This document shows positions 47,040-59,100 of a DNA stretch of 64,000 nt, piece by piece (position 1 is the stretch's first letter; each line of letters begins with the position of its first letter). The DNA is from Podarcis gaigeae (taxonomy: Eukaryota). A program made the position numbers and the translations under genes. The DNA is taken from NCBI GenBank assembly GCA_964106915.2, contig OZ066925.1. One strand, given 5' to 3'. The notes beneath the pieces are model-generated. The model saw only the letters and a list, made by a program, of their open reading frames with translations. It searched no databases and had not been told where the DNA came from.

Positions 47040-49245
47040 AGAAAAAGAAAAAGCTTAGGCCCAAAGGGAGAGTGGCAATGTTTAACAGAGGCCTCTCGAA
47101 GGAGAGACTCAGTCACCTTTTGGAAAATAGTGAACTGGTTTCAGGGCAAACCGGTCAACTTTAGATCAAGGCCTAGAACTCCAACATCTTGTGGAAAAAT
47201 ACACCTCAAGAAAAGGGGTCTCTCTCTACATAGCTTTCATAGACTTTAAATCTGCCTTCGATTTAATATCACAAGACAGGCTTTGGGAAAAACTAAGGGC
47301 CTCAAACATAGACAGACATCTATTGCATCTCATCTGCAGTTTATACGAAAACACTCGGGTCCAGGTTAGGTGTCACCAACAGAGCCATTTATCCAAGGAA
47401 ATCCTACTATGGTGTTAAACAAGGCTGCGTCCTTGCGCCTACTTTATTCAACTTCTAGATTAACTCCTTAGTAGAAAACATGGAGAAAGAAAATGCCCAA
47501 CCCCCTAAATTGGCTGGTACACCCCCCCGGTTCTCTTATATGTGGATGACACAGTTCTAATATCCTTCTCCTGTGTAGGCCTAAGAAAACTTCTAAGATC
47601 TCTCACAGTCTATTGTAATGCCGAACAATTAACAATTAACTATAGCAAATCCAAAGTTATGGTGTTCTCTAAACAAATAATGAGATACAAATGGAGAATT
47701 GACAATCGACCTATTGAACAGGTATCGTCTTTTAAATACCTGGGTATAACCTTCCAGGAAAAGGGCTTGTGGCATTACCAGGTTAAAAATACTATTGCAA
47801 ATGCCCAAAGATCTACCAAAGCTATTATAAGGTTTTTCTGTGGAAAAGGGGGCCAATATATTCCGGCAGCCTCCCAGGTCTTTGCTGCAAAAATTTTAAC
47901 ACAACCGAAATATGGCTCTCAGATCTGCAGCTTCTCTAACCTTGCTCCATTAGAATCATTCCAAACTAAGTTCCATTGCTGCCTGCTAGGGATCCCTTCT
48001 TGTGTGTCTAATATAGCTGTCCGCCCGGAGGTCAGGCAAATCCCTGTTAGTGCTCAGTTATGGATTCTAATATCCAATATTGGTTAAAACTTACCTTTTT
48101 CCCTGTGGGTTGGCACCCTTGACCCTACTGGATTCCTACCAATCCAAATGGAAAGCTACACTGCATGAAAAGGCTTGGGGTTTTCCACACAGGCCCTGAT
48201 AGCTGTAGGTTGTGAGAAAGCTAGAGCAATAATCCGCCGATGAATTTGGAATGTGGAACTGCAATGCCACGTGAGCAAGATGAATAAACAACCAGCAATT
48301 ATATAATATAAGATAATGGGAGAGGATTTACCCCAGCAAATTATTTGGCAAAATTACAAATACTTAAATACAGACGGTCATTTACCCTCGCTAGATTCAA
48401 TGTGCTGCCATCCGCCTTACTGCAGGGCAGATTTGAGGGTAAACCATATGCAGAACGAGTCTGCTCCTGCGGCTTGATGGAGGTAGAAACTGTCTCATGC
48501 CTTGTTATGCTGCCGTTTCTACGGGGATATACACTTTGTATTTATGACCCCTGCTATGCAAAAATCTCCAAATGAATCTGAACTTCAATGTCTAAAATCC
48601 CTGGTAGAGGACAAGGATCCTGAGATCACGTTAAGGGTAGCCAAATTCTGTGAGATTGCCATCAAACTTAGGGAACAAGCTTTGCTATCATATTGATTAA
48701 GGCCTTAAATGATAATTTTAGGTTATCTGTTAGTGACTAAATTTTAATTTATATATTTTTAAACTGTTGCTATATCTATATTGGGACGCAGGTGGCGCTG
48801 TGGGTTAAAGCCTCAGCGCCTAGGACTTGCCGATCGAAAGGTCGGCGGTTCGAATCCCTGCAGCGGGGTGCGCTCCCGGTGCTTGGTCCCAGTGCCTGCT
48901 AACCTAGCAGTTCGAAAGCACATCAAAGTGCAAGTAGATAAATAGGGACCGCTTACCAGCGGGAAGGTAAACGGCGTTTCCGTGTGCAGCTCTGGCTCGC
49001 CAGATGCAGCTTTGTCACGCTGGCCACGTGACCCGGAAGTGTCTCCGGACAGCGCTGGCCCCTGGCCTCTTAAGTGAGATGGGCGCACAACCCCAGAGTC
49101 TGTCAAGACTGGCCCGTACGGGCAGGGGTACCTTTACCTTTACCTTATATCTATATTGTCCCTGTTACACCTAATTGCAATTTCAAATGTATCCCTATCA
49201 TGTGTTATGACTTCCTTGGTATTGTATTTGGGCTGGAACTGGTCT
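47040..49245 (+). mobile_element. Decayed non-LTR retrotransposon ORF2, RTE-X-like (clade tentative), running into the assembly gap
   Basis: FWKIVN; GFRANRSTLDQ; LYIAFIDFKSAFD; GVKQGCVLAP; LLYVDD; FKYLGITF; C-terminal Cys/His motif RVCSCG..VETVSH...C. Multiple stops and frameshifts. Confidence 0.8.
48783..49145 (+). mobile_element. Sauria SINE, subfamily A, inserted in the 3' region of the RTE-X-like LINE
   Basis: Highly similar to 1644-2006. TSD tatatctatatt at 48771-48782 and 49146-49157. Confidence 0.93.
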
Positions 49246-49389
49246 NNNNNNNNNNNNNNNNNNNNNNNNNNNNNNNNNNNNNNNNNNNNNNNNNNNNNNN
49301 NNNNNNNNNNNNNNNNNNNNNNNNNNNNNNNNNNNNNNNNNNNNNNNNNNNNNNNNNNNNNNNNNNNNNNNNNNNNNNNNNNNNNNNNN
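49246..49389. other. Assembly gap (144 N)
   Basis: Run of N. Confidence 1.
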
Positions 49390-50920
49390 GTTGGTGGCTA
49401 TTGGTGGCTGCTGGCCACAATGACTATTTTCTCCATCTGTTGCTGGAGGCAGTAAGCCTTCAAATATCTGTTGCTGGGAATCACAAGAGGGGAGAGTGCT
49501 GCTTACTTGGGTCCTATTTATGGGCCGCCCACAAGTACACTGGGGAAAACAGGATGCTGGACAACAATAGGCCTTTGTCCTGATCTTGCAAGACTTTAAG
49601 TTTGCAGGTCTCCTAACAACTCTCAGCACCTTTAACAAACCACAGTTCCCAGGATTCTTTGGGGTGAAACCATGACCATTTAAAGTGGTGTGATACTGTA
49701 TTGTGCAGGTGGGGCCCTAATCACCTGGGTGATTCCACCAATCCGGGCTCACGCAGTGCAAGGGAAGATATAACCATGTGACTGTTGCCTATGAAAAGTG
49801 AAAATAGGAACAGTCTATTGCGAAATGTCCAAGCAGTTCGGCCAGAAATGTTGAAAAGGAAGATGGTTTTTGACACTTATGAAAAGGATTGTGAAAAGCT
49901 GTGCTGAGTTTTCTTTTCAGCCTTATGTAAGAATATAATAAGCAGGTTTGCAGTGACTTTCCAAAATACAATAGGCACCTAAGCTTTCCAAATATATAAC
50001 CAGCCAGTGAACGCTGTAAAATATTTGTATAGCTGATTAGCACTAAGTAGAAGAGACCCCTACTTAAAGTATCGCCCTGTAAGTGAACAAAGGAGATTGG
50101 GGGCGGACAGAGAGAGAGAGAGAGAGTCCTTTTGTATTTTTCCTCCTGCTCTCTCACCCTTGATAGTAAACTTCCAAGGCATTAAAGGTAGACTAAACAA
50201 GAGGCAGTAACAATAGGTTTGCTTCTCCTGGTTTTTAACATGCAAATGCTTAAATTGCAAATCCCTGAACACCATTCTAATTAATAAACAAACTCAATGT
50301 GGAATCTATCTTCTTTCATCTGAATCAATAAACAGAGAAGTCATGAGAAAGGGACCTTTTCCCTTCAGGGAGCCTTTTCTTGTTAATGTTGACTCAGATT
50401 GTTAGTGCTTACACTTGTCCTTGTCCTTGTGTCATTCTACTTCCTTTTTAACCATCCAACTTCATCTCTGAAGATCTTTGCAAAGTGGTTCTTCATGCAT
50501 GACTTTCATATTTATTTATACCAGTAATGAATATTAGCTGCCAAAGTAAGCTTTCTAAATTGAAGTAACATTTAATTGCTACACCAGACATTGAAAGGTG
50601 GATGTCAAATGTCACCTTAATTCATGTCAAAGCATTTGTTGCAATGTGCTTTTGAAAGATACGCTTTGAAGAGACAGCCGAATCTCATCATTTCTGAAAA
50701 TGTGAGTATAGTACTACCTGCTGTCATGAGCAACGACCAAACTTGGCCATAGATGAGTTTGGCCTTTGGTTCTCAAACAGCAACCCCTTATGCTATGTAG
50801 CAAAGCATGAGGGGTGGGGGATTTCAAAAGATGTTTACAATTTAAAAATAAAATAATGTATTTTCTCATTTTTACCCTACTTTAAAAAAAAACAAAAAAT
50901 CAGCAGCCTGCCTATAAGTG

Positions 50921-51068
50921 CCATATTTTTCCGTCTATAAGATGCCCCCTATTTTTGAGGACTCCAATTTAAGAAAATGGGGGGAGATCTATCCATGTAT
51001 AAGACACCCCCAAATTTTGGACATTATTTTTTAGGTAAAAGCCTAGTCTTATACATGGAAAAATACGG
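50921..51068. mobile_element. Related CCGTATTTTT-TIR MITE
   Basis: CCATATTTTTCCGTCTATAAGA ... TCTTATACATGGAAAAATACGG-TA. Confidence 0.75.
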
Positions 51069-54000
51069 TAATCGCCACAATAAACCTAACATCAAGAATA
51101 AAATAGAAGCAATTAAAAAAACAATAAAACAGTTCAGCTTTAAAGACAACAGACACAGAAATCAGTTCTTAAAAGGCTTCTGGGGTAGAAGAAAAAACCT
51201 TTTCAAAACACCCTTAAAAGCAGACCATGAAGAGGCTTGGCAGGTTTTCCCTGGAAGGGAATTCTACAATCCTGGTTATGTTTAAAAAAGTGGGGCTTAA
51301 TTTTGATGCTTGCCCAATGAGTCTAGAGTTTAAAAAGAAACCAGAGGCTGAGATGATGAACTTACAACCTGGGTAGATTTTAGGCAACAGGTTCACATAG
51401 AATCATAGAATTGTAGAGTTGGAAGGGACAATGAGGGCCATCAAGTCCAATTCCTTGTAATGCAGGAATCAACTAAATCATGTGGTGTGCAAGTATGAGA
51501 TACAGAGAGAGTAGATAGATAAACACACACACTCAAGACCACTGTACATCTCTACTAGGCCGTTTAAATCCCTGCACATTGCTAAAATTTTAAAGCAATC
51601 AGCAGGCTGTATGTTTGTGCATTTTTGAAAGGAATCTCATGTCTTCTATTGCCCATGCGAAGTTTGATTCAACTTGTCTACCAAAACCAAGTATATTCAG
51701 TCCCCCCCCCCAGTTGACAAGGGGGAGAGCCATATAAACATCAATGCAAAACAATTCCAGTTTTAAATGAGATTTGAGTTCATAATACCATGGACAGTAG
51801 CTCAGGCAGTAATGGAAACCTGTGGTTTGTTTAAAATAAAAAAGGTAGCTTGACATTTTTGCTTTTAATGAGAGGTCATGCAGATTCTTTTTTCACCTAT
51901 TTGTGTGTCCCCTAAAACCATTTCCAATGACAGCATGAATCTAGAAACTCTGGAATTTTGCAGAGGGCCAGAATTCTTTTTGCTAAGGAAGTACAATTCC
52001 CTTCACACACTTGATTTTGTAAAAACCAGCCGGGTCAAACCTGCAAACGTTTCTTCATTGAAACGAACCCCCTGACATGCCTGTGTTTGCATGAGTGCAA
52101 GCAATCGGGGGATCTGCTCTGAATGTTGTAGACAGAGCTGCAGCCTGTATTAAAACACCAATGAGCTAGGTCACCGTTAACTTTCTTCTGCATCTCACCT
52201 ATGTAGCTATTTGTCCTTAGATTACTATGTAGAATAATGTGGAGGGAAAGGCTGAGGATTGCTCAGCTCTTCCATATTTGTCTTCCAGAAGCTCTCCCCC
52301 TAAATGAAAAAGCGAGACACTATGGTTGGATATTGTGTTTACATATAGCAGAACTCATCAATATCCACAAAATTGCTATCTGGCGCCATGTTCAGATTAA
52401 GGTATCCATTGATATACTGAGGAGAGAATCCACTAGAGGACTGAAAGAAAGCCACAACATAAAATGTTCTTCTATAACATCCATGATGTTCTTTTATGCT
52501 CCTCAGGAAGGCAGATTCAACATGTCCAAAGAAGGGTTTGCAGGAACAAGGTAATGGGAAGGCTAAAAAGAAACATGATTGAAAGTGCAAATGAAGGTTC
52601 ATAAACTAGGAAAGCAGCACATGCACGCTGCACATAGGGAGCAGAGATCAAATGTGTAAATGAGCTAAAGGGTGTAGAATATATTGCCTTTTTTGGCTCT
52701 TGAAAGCTTAGGACTCCGAAGATCTTCTATATTCCATGTGTGCCTGCCCAAACCTGATGATATCACCAGATACATTCCTTCAAGTTGTTCCGCTTTGTGA
52801 AGTCATATGGGCAATAACTAGAGGGAGAGGCACAGTGTATGTGGAACGCCTTCCCCAGGGGAGGTGTGGCTGATGCCAAACCTGATGTCTTCTCAGCACC
52901 AGGCAAAGAGCTTTTTATTTGACTGGGCTTTCCATGACGCACCCTGACGCATACTTAAAATGGTGCTTTTTCAGATTCTATGGAATTTATTTCTCTGCTA
53001 TGTTTCTGTTATTCAACTGGTTTCTCTTATAGTTGACAGTGTTTTTATTGCTTTCATGCCAAGCTCTTATGCTGAGAGTTCTGTAAACTGAAGAGCGGCA
53101 TGTAAATGTTTAAAATGAATTTAATAAATACTTATTATCGGTGTCCTTACTCTTAAGAAGGGCTGTTTTGCAGCTTACTGGAAAGTCCTGAGCAGTAAAG
53201 GCACAAATGAGTCACACATCTCTTGCTTGTGCTTCCAGGTTAATACGGGAAGAAATCGTGCATCGTATTTGCAGGCAGATTCACTGGAGAGTGATCCCAG
53301 GCGCCATTTCAGATTTCATTGAGTGACAGGTAAAAGGCTTATTAAAGATTAAAGATCTGCTGTTAGATCTATTCAAATAAAAATGGGCAGAGCACTCTTA
53401 CCAGATCAGGGAAGCTGCTGGGGCAGATAAACTACTAAATCCAAAGCCCTGCTAGACCCAGGACTGGAGGGAGCAGTTCCCACCCCCTTTCCCCTGTTTT
53501 TGGGCATAATATTCCCCGTCCACTTTGGTCACAACAGGATGGAAAATCAACATGCCAGCGCTAGTACTACCCCTACCCCAAATGTGTGGTTGTGTCAGGA
53601 TCCTGATCTGTACCACCCTGGCATGGCACCCACTTTTTTCATTGGCAGGGGTAACCCAGAGGTGTTTCCCTGCCCTCTGTGCTGGCTGGGAAAGGGCTTC
53701 CAAGGGCAGATTTCCCTCTTTGAGGCCAGACTTTTTCTGCATGTGCAGAGGAAGGTCCATGATATCCTGCAGCCTCTGAGACAATAGGCTTGTGCCCTAA
53801 ATTGCAAAAGGAAGAGAATGCCAGTGCAAGGGATCAAATGCTGTAGCTGGTGCCATCATGCCTTATGAGCAACAGTGTACGTTTCAATGAAACACAACGA
53901 GAAGGAAATAAAATATAATAGAATACAATTTAAGAGAATGGTGCCGGGGTGCTTTAAAATACCTCCGTAGGAATGATCGCAAAAAACTTGTGCCTTTGAT

Positions 54001-56124
54001 AGGAATATCTGGCATGAGGACTACATAACCCAGCAGCGGTTTCCAGTGTGGTGCCTCCCGAACGTTGTTGCCCCAACTCCCATCTTCCCTGACCATTGGC
54101 CAAGTTGGCTGGGGCTGATGGGAGTCGGAGACCAGTATGTTGCAGAACCAGTGAAATGGCTAGAAACAGAGGAGCTTCCGAAGAATGGAAGGCAGAACAT
54201 AGGAAGGTGCCTTACACTGAGTGCCTCTCCAGCATTTCAGACAGGGCTCTCTCCCATCCCTACCTGGAGATACTGGCAATTGAACTTAGGAATTTCTGCA
54301 TACATTTCGAGAGGGGACATGAAGGGTTTCAGACAGGGGACATTGCCAGTCCTACCCAAAGAGGCTGGATATTGAACCTGGGACTCTCTGCATATATATC
54401 AGGAGTTCTGCTCCTGCACATTGGTCCTTCTCCTCTCCTCCAGAGGAGACTGACGACAGCAACAGGGACGTGCTGAGGAGGGCAGTGGGAAGCCCCCTTC
54501 ACCAGTCTCCCTGGTTAGTGCTGTTCCTACTGGTCTGGACGACACAGCAGAAATCTGTATGTGCTTACACACAAAGAGAGAAGCAAACATTGGTACTTTC
54601 CGTGGTAAATTCCTTCTCTGTGTAACTAGAAATATACAGCAAATTAATTGTCACAAAGAGCGCCAGAGAATATTCAAAATCACACCACATAGTTTATCAG
54701 CACCCAAATAGCTATCATTAGAGTGTCTTTTCAGGGCATTAATCTGCATGTGATCGAATGTTATATGAAAGCAAAAAATGGGAACACAGAGAGCGCATTG
54801 TAAAAAAGCAAGCTTTGCTGAAGAAAGGAAGGAGGGGGAAGGATATGTTATGTAATTCAGGCCTCAAGCTACAAACCATAGCCAAAATCAGGCAAGGAAC
54901 TGAATTGCGTGCATAATAATACTCTAGCAGCGTACCGACCGGAGAAATTATGATCATTCGTGAAGGAAATGTAGAGCACTGCATCAAGGCATTATATGTG
55001 AATACAAAGGATCCATCACTTTTAAAAGCTTATTCCTTTAGGCATGGTGTGCTTCTTATTTAAATGCTGCTGTATAAAGCATTTCTACATATGTGCTTCA
55101 AAACTCTATTAGATAAAACCCACCCATCCAGCTGCTGATGGTCTAGCTTTCCAGTAGGTGCACCTAAGGGCTTCCTGGAAAAGTCCCCTTCTCCCCCCGC
55201 CCCACCCCAATGCAACACATCTTTTCCTCACTATTAAATGCACTGTTGTTTTGTTTTTAAAAAACGTTGCTCAATTTAATCTCATTTCAGATAACCACAT
55301 TCAGATTCCTTGACTTGGGAAGCTGTTCTTAGTGATAGCTAGTTTACACTCTAGAAGGTTTCTGACATCTATAGCATTTAGTGGCAGAAACTAAATGCTG
55401 GGAAGTCTGAAACAGGGATGTGTTCTTGCAAACATGCAGTGGACACACAGCAGAGAACTGTAGCCAAACTGAACTCCCCAACACATGTGCACCTCATGTC
55501 CCTATGTGTTTACCAAAACATACCATATTCACACAATATGATGCTCACAGCTGCAACCACCCCTATGTACAGGGCAAATGCGCCTGCAATATAAAATGTG
55601 AAATTAAGAGGCAGCATCTATGATTCTGTGATCTGCATTACAGACATAAACTGCTTCAGCAACCCCTGTTAGGATTTCTGCTCAGAACTTTATCTCTCAG
55701 CATACAAGGCTGTTTTAAGGATGAAAGAGACGCCTATAGACGTTTACTGAAACTTTATCCTCAGTCCATGCATTTAATTGATAGTTGTGTTTTTACCGTT
55801 GCAATTATTAGCAGGGCTGTAAAAATCTGGGCACCCAGTCACTACTGGCACCCCAAAATGAGTCCTGCTGACTGAGCTGCTAAAGAGGGCAGGACATGAG
55901 TTGTTCTGCTTTCTGTGTGCGCCCCAGTATGTGGGACCTGGTCACCTTTTTCTTTTACTTCCTTAGCTCCTCCCCAAAATCAGCTGCCATTTGCTGGAGG
56001 GAGGGCCATGGTCCTAGGTAGGCTTTAGCCTCTGGAAGAAAGGAAAGGGAGGGGATGGAGACCGGAACGCGATTTGTCCTCTTGCTGGTGACCTCACTTC
56101 TGTTCCTCCATTCTCCCTTCCAAA

Positions 56125-56184
56125 TCTTCTTCTTCTTCTTCTTCTTCTTCTTCTTCTTCTTCTTCTTCTTCTTCTTCTTCTTCT
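56125..56184. repeat. (CTT)n microsatellite
   Basis: Read directly. It produces the spurious poly-F and poly-R ORFs. Confidence 0.95.
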
Positions 56185-59100
56185 ATCAGTTCCTAGGTTT
56201 GCAGTTGCTATTGTTTCACTCCAACTCCCATGAGCCCCAGTGAGCCTTGTCAATGGGCAGGGACGATGGGCGTTGAAGTGCAGCAACATCTGGAGGGCCG
56301 CGAGTTCCCTGTTCCTGTTTCAGAGATTTTGGCCAAATATTTTTAGTCACTCAAGAAACATCCTAACCCTCCTAGCAGTCAGTCAGATCGTGTAATGGGA
56401 AACTTTGTATAATAAATGCTTGGTGACCTGGCTTACTTTCCCAAGTTCACCGTGATCCCAATGCTAATGCTCCTCTGAGCTCGTTCTAAGGACATTGTGC
56501 TGTAAATATTTTGAAGCGTGATGTATTAATTTGATGCTGGCTGTGAGATCTTGAGACTAGCAGGACAGGAATGAATGCTCTTGCGGAAGGAGGGCAGGAA
56601 TGGCAACCGTTTTGCAGACAGAAATCTCACTGGGTGATTTATTAATTCGTCTTCACTCAGTCAGGCCGTAATCCTTGCATTGTGCTTGCCTTTCCCAGTA
56701 TAGTTGAAGTGGCATGGGATGCTGGTTTACAGCAGCCTCTCCCCAAGGGAAGGAAAAACCTGAGCATTTTGCAAATGTTCCAAGTGACTATTTGCAAAGT
56801 CCCTGCTACCTCTTTCCCTTGCCCCAAGCCCTGCTCCTAGAAGGCAGCATTCCCCAGCCTGCTGGGGGCTAGAGTGGGACTAGTATCCCCAGCAACCTGA
56901 ACAGGAAAAATTATGCACTATGTGCAATTTCTGCTGAGCTGGCCCTTGGGGTCCTTCTGGGAGAATCATGCAGAGTATCATTTTCGCACCTGAGCTACTA
57001 GGATTTGTTAGTCCAGTTCAGTGTTCAGCAGGAAAAACGATCATCTACAGTGGAACACTTGAGATACCATCACAACCTCCTCTGCCTTCCTTCTGGCACA
57101 TGGCAAACCTCTGGGATGCCATGGGGATGGAGCCATGGTGACTCGCAGGGTTGGGGTGAGCACACCCTGATCCTGTTCATAAGTACAGGATTGCTCATAA
57201 CAACCCTAGTTTTTGTATGTGTTGGGGGTCTATGTGTTGAAAATTGCATCCCCAACCTGTAATCTGCATGGTTCATATTACCATTCCAGGATTCTGCCTC
57301 TTCATTCCACTGTGTGTGTAGACCAGGCCTATATGGGAATGTAAGAATCTTGCTAGATTAGATCAAAGGCCTTTCTAGTTCAACATCTAGTATAAAATCA
57401 TGCATGGCATGCAGATGGGTTTCTTCATTTCTCATCATACTAGAACTCAGGGCTCTCTTCCCATGAAGGTGAATGTTAGAAGATTCAGGACAAAGGAAAG
57501 TATTTCAACCATAATTCTCTTTCTACAAGAGACATTGGTGGCCATCAGTGTGGACAGCTTTAGAAGACAAATAGACAAATTCATGGAGGATATGCTGGGT
57601 GGAGCTAATGGGACTTCTGGTCCAATGTCTGGAGCGCATACTGTTGACCTTCCCTGCAGTGCACAAATATTATGGAAATTCATGTCCTTTTGTGTGTGGG
57701 GGGGGAATGTTTGTGGGTTTTTTTTGGGGGGGGGGGTAATGTGTAAGCAGCCCCCCTACCTGAGGCCCTGTCTTTCTGTGTGTTGATGAAATTAAACACT
57801 CAAGAGATTGGCTTGGAACATTTACCTTTGTGCAAAGAAAGACCACGGACCATCTCACTTTACAAATTTCTTTTCAACAAGTGACGTTTTCCAACACAAA
57901 TGGAGAGGGAGGCATCTGAGAAGAACGAATGCTGTTCCTAGCAAAGTTGAATCAAGTCCAGAAGAAAACAAACATTTCTGCTCCAATATCAGGACTTAGT
58001 TTGTGTGTATTTTTAAAAGGATTTAGGATTCGGTCTGCTTCTCACTGAAGGTATTGGAAAAATGCCCAATTGATCTTAATGGAGATGGATTACATCCTTG
58101 GACCCCGATCCAACTGCGCACATGCAACCAGTGCCAGCTTAGGGCATTTTTCTGCACAAGGCGGAGCCCAAATGGTGCCGCCCTGCTATGAAAATAAAAG
58201 TCTTGCTGCGCCATTCAGACACTTAATTCCTGCCTTCATTCATCTCCCCTTCATGGTGCTGTCTAAAGCTGGTCACTTCACCCTCCTGTATAGCAGTGCC
58301 TGACTCCTCAACTTTTAAAGAGACCATGGGCACATTCAAAAGCCTATAGAAAAAACTGTTGAGGACATTTCACAGAAGTAAAACTGGCAATGCTTAGACA
58401 TCCACCCCCCAACAGGCAAAACACCCCAACAACTAAGGGGTTGCACACACCCCAACAACTAAGCACAAAGATAAGATTAAGAGGCTAACCCACTTTAAAA
58501 AAAGGCAACCACCCACCTGGGCAAATTCTGCCTTTCAAAACATTAAAAACGGGGATGGGGGCTTTGGATGCCATTGTATCCTTGAGCACCATATTGGGGA
58601 CCGCAGGAATACACAGTCCCCATGGCTGGATTGGACCTGGCAGTGGTGTGTACAGCATCTGTCTTAATCCAGTTAGGTATACATGCATAGGAGCAAGCAA
58701 GAAGCACTCCCTTGCTGGTGCGAGGAAGTATCTTCTAAGGTTGTTCCACTATTTTCAGAATAAATGCAGAAGAATGGGTGACCTCACAGAGTAAATATTC
58801 TTTAGTATAAGTTAAGAATGCTGAAGTCCTGGTTGAGCAGCTGGCAGTGACCTCCATCAGCAAGTTCCCCCTTTTTTGGCAGCAGTTCCTTCCTTTTGCT
58901 GCAGAAGAGCGTAAATGTTTCCTTGGATTCCTCAGTGACATGCAGGCAAATCCAGCAGCGGAGAACAGCTGCAAAACAGGCAGCAAATTCAGAAGAAGCT
59001 GAAAATTGATTTAAGGGGGAGCATTAAGGACAAAGCAAGAGCTTATCACGACTCCCCCCCCCCCAATTCTTTGTTAACACATTGCTTTCTCGAAAGATAA

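Noticed and set aside
47191-48696. Active reverse transcriptase gene or novel RT system
   Set aside because: Split by stops and frameshifts, with an internal deletion; an ordinary dead LINE.
49074-49638. ORFs spanning the N run
   Set aside because: Artefact of the assembly gap.
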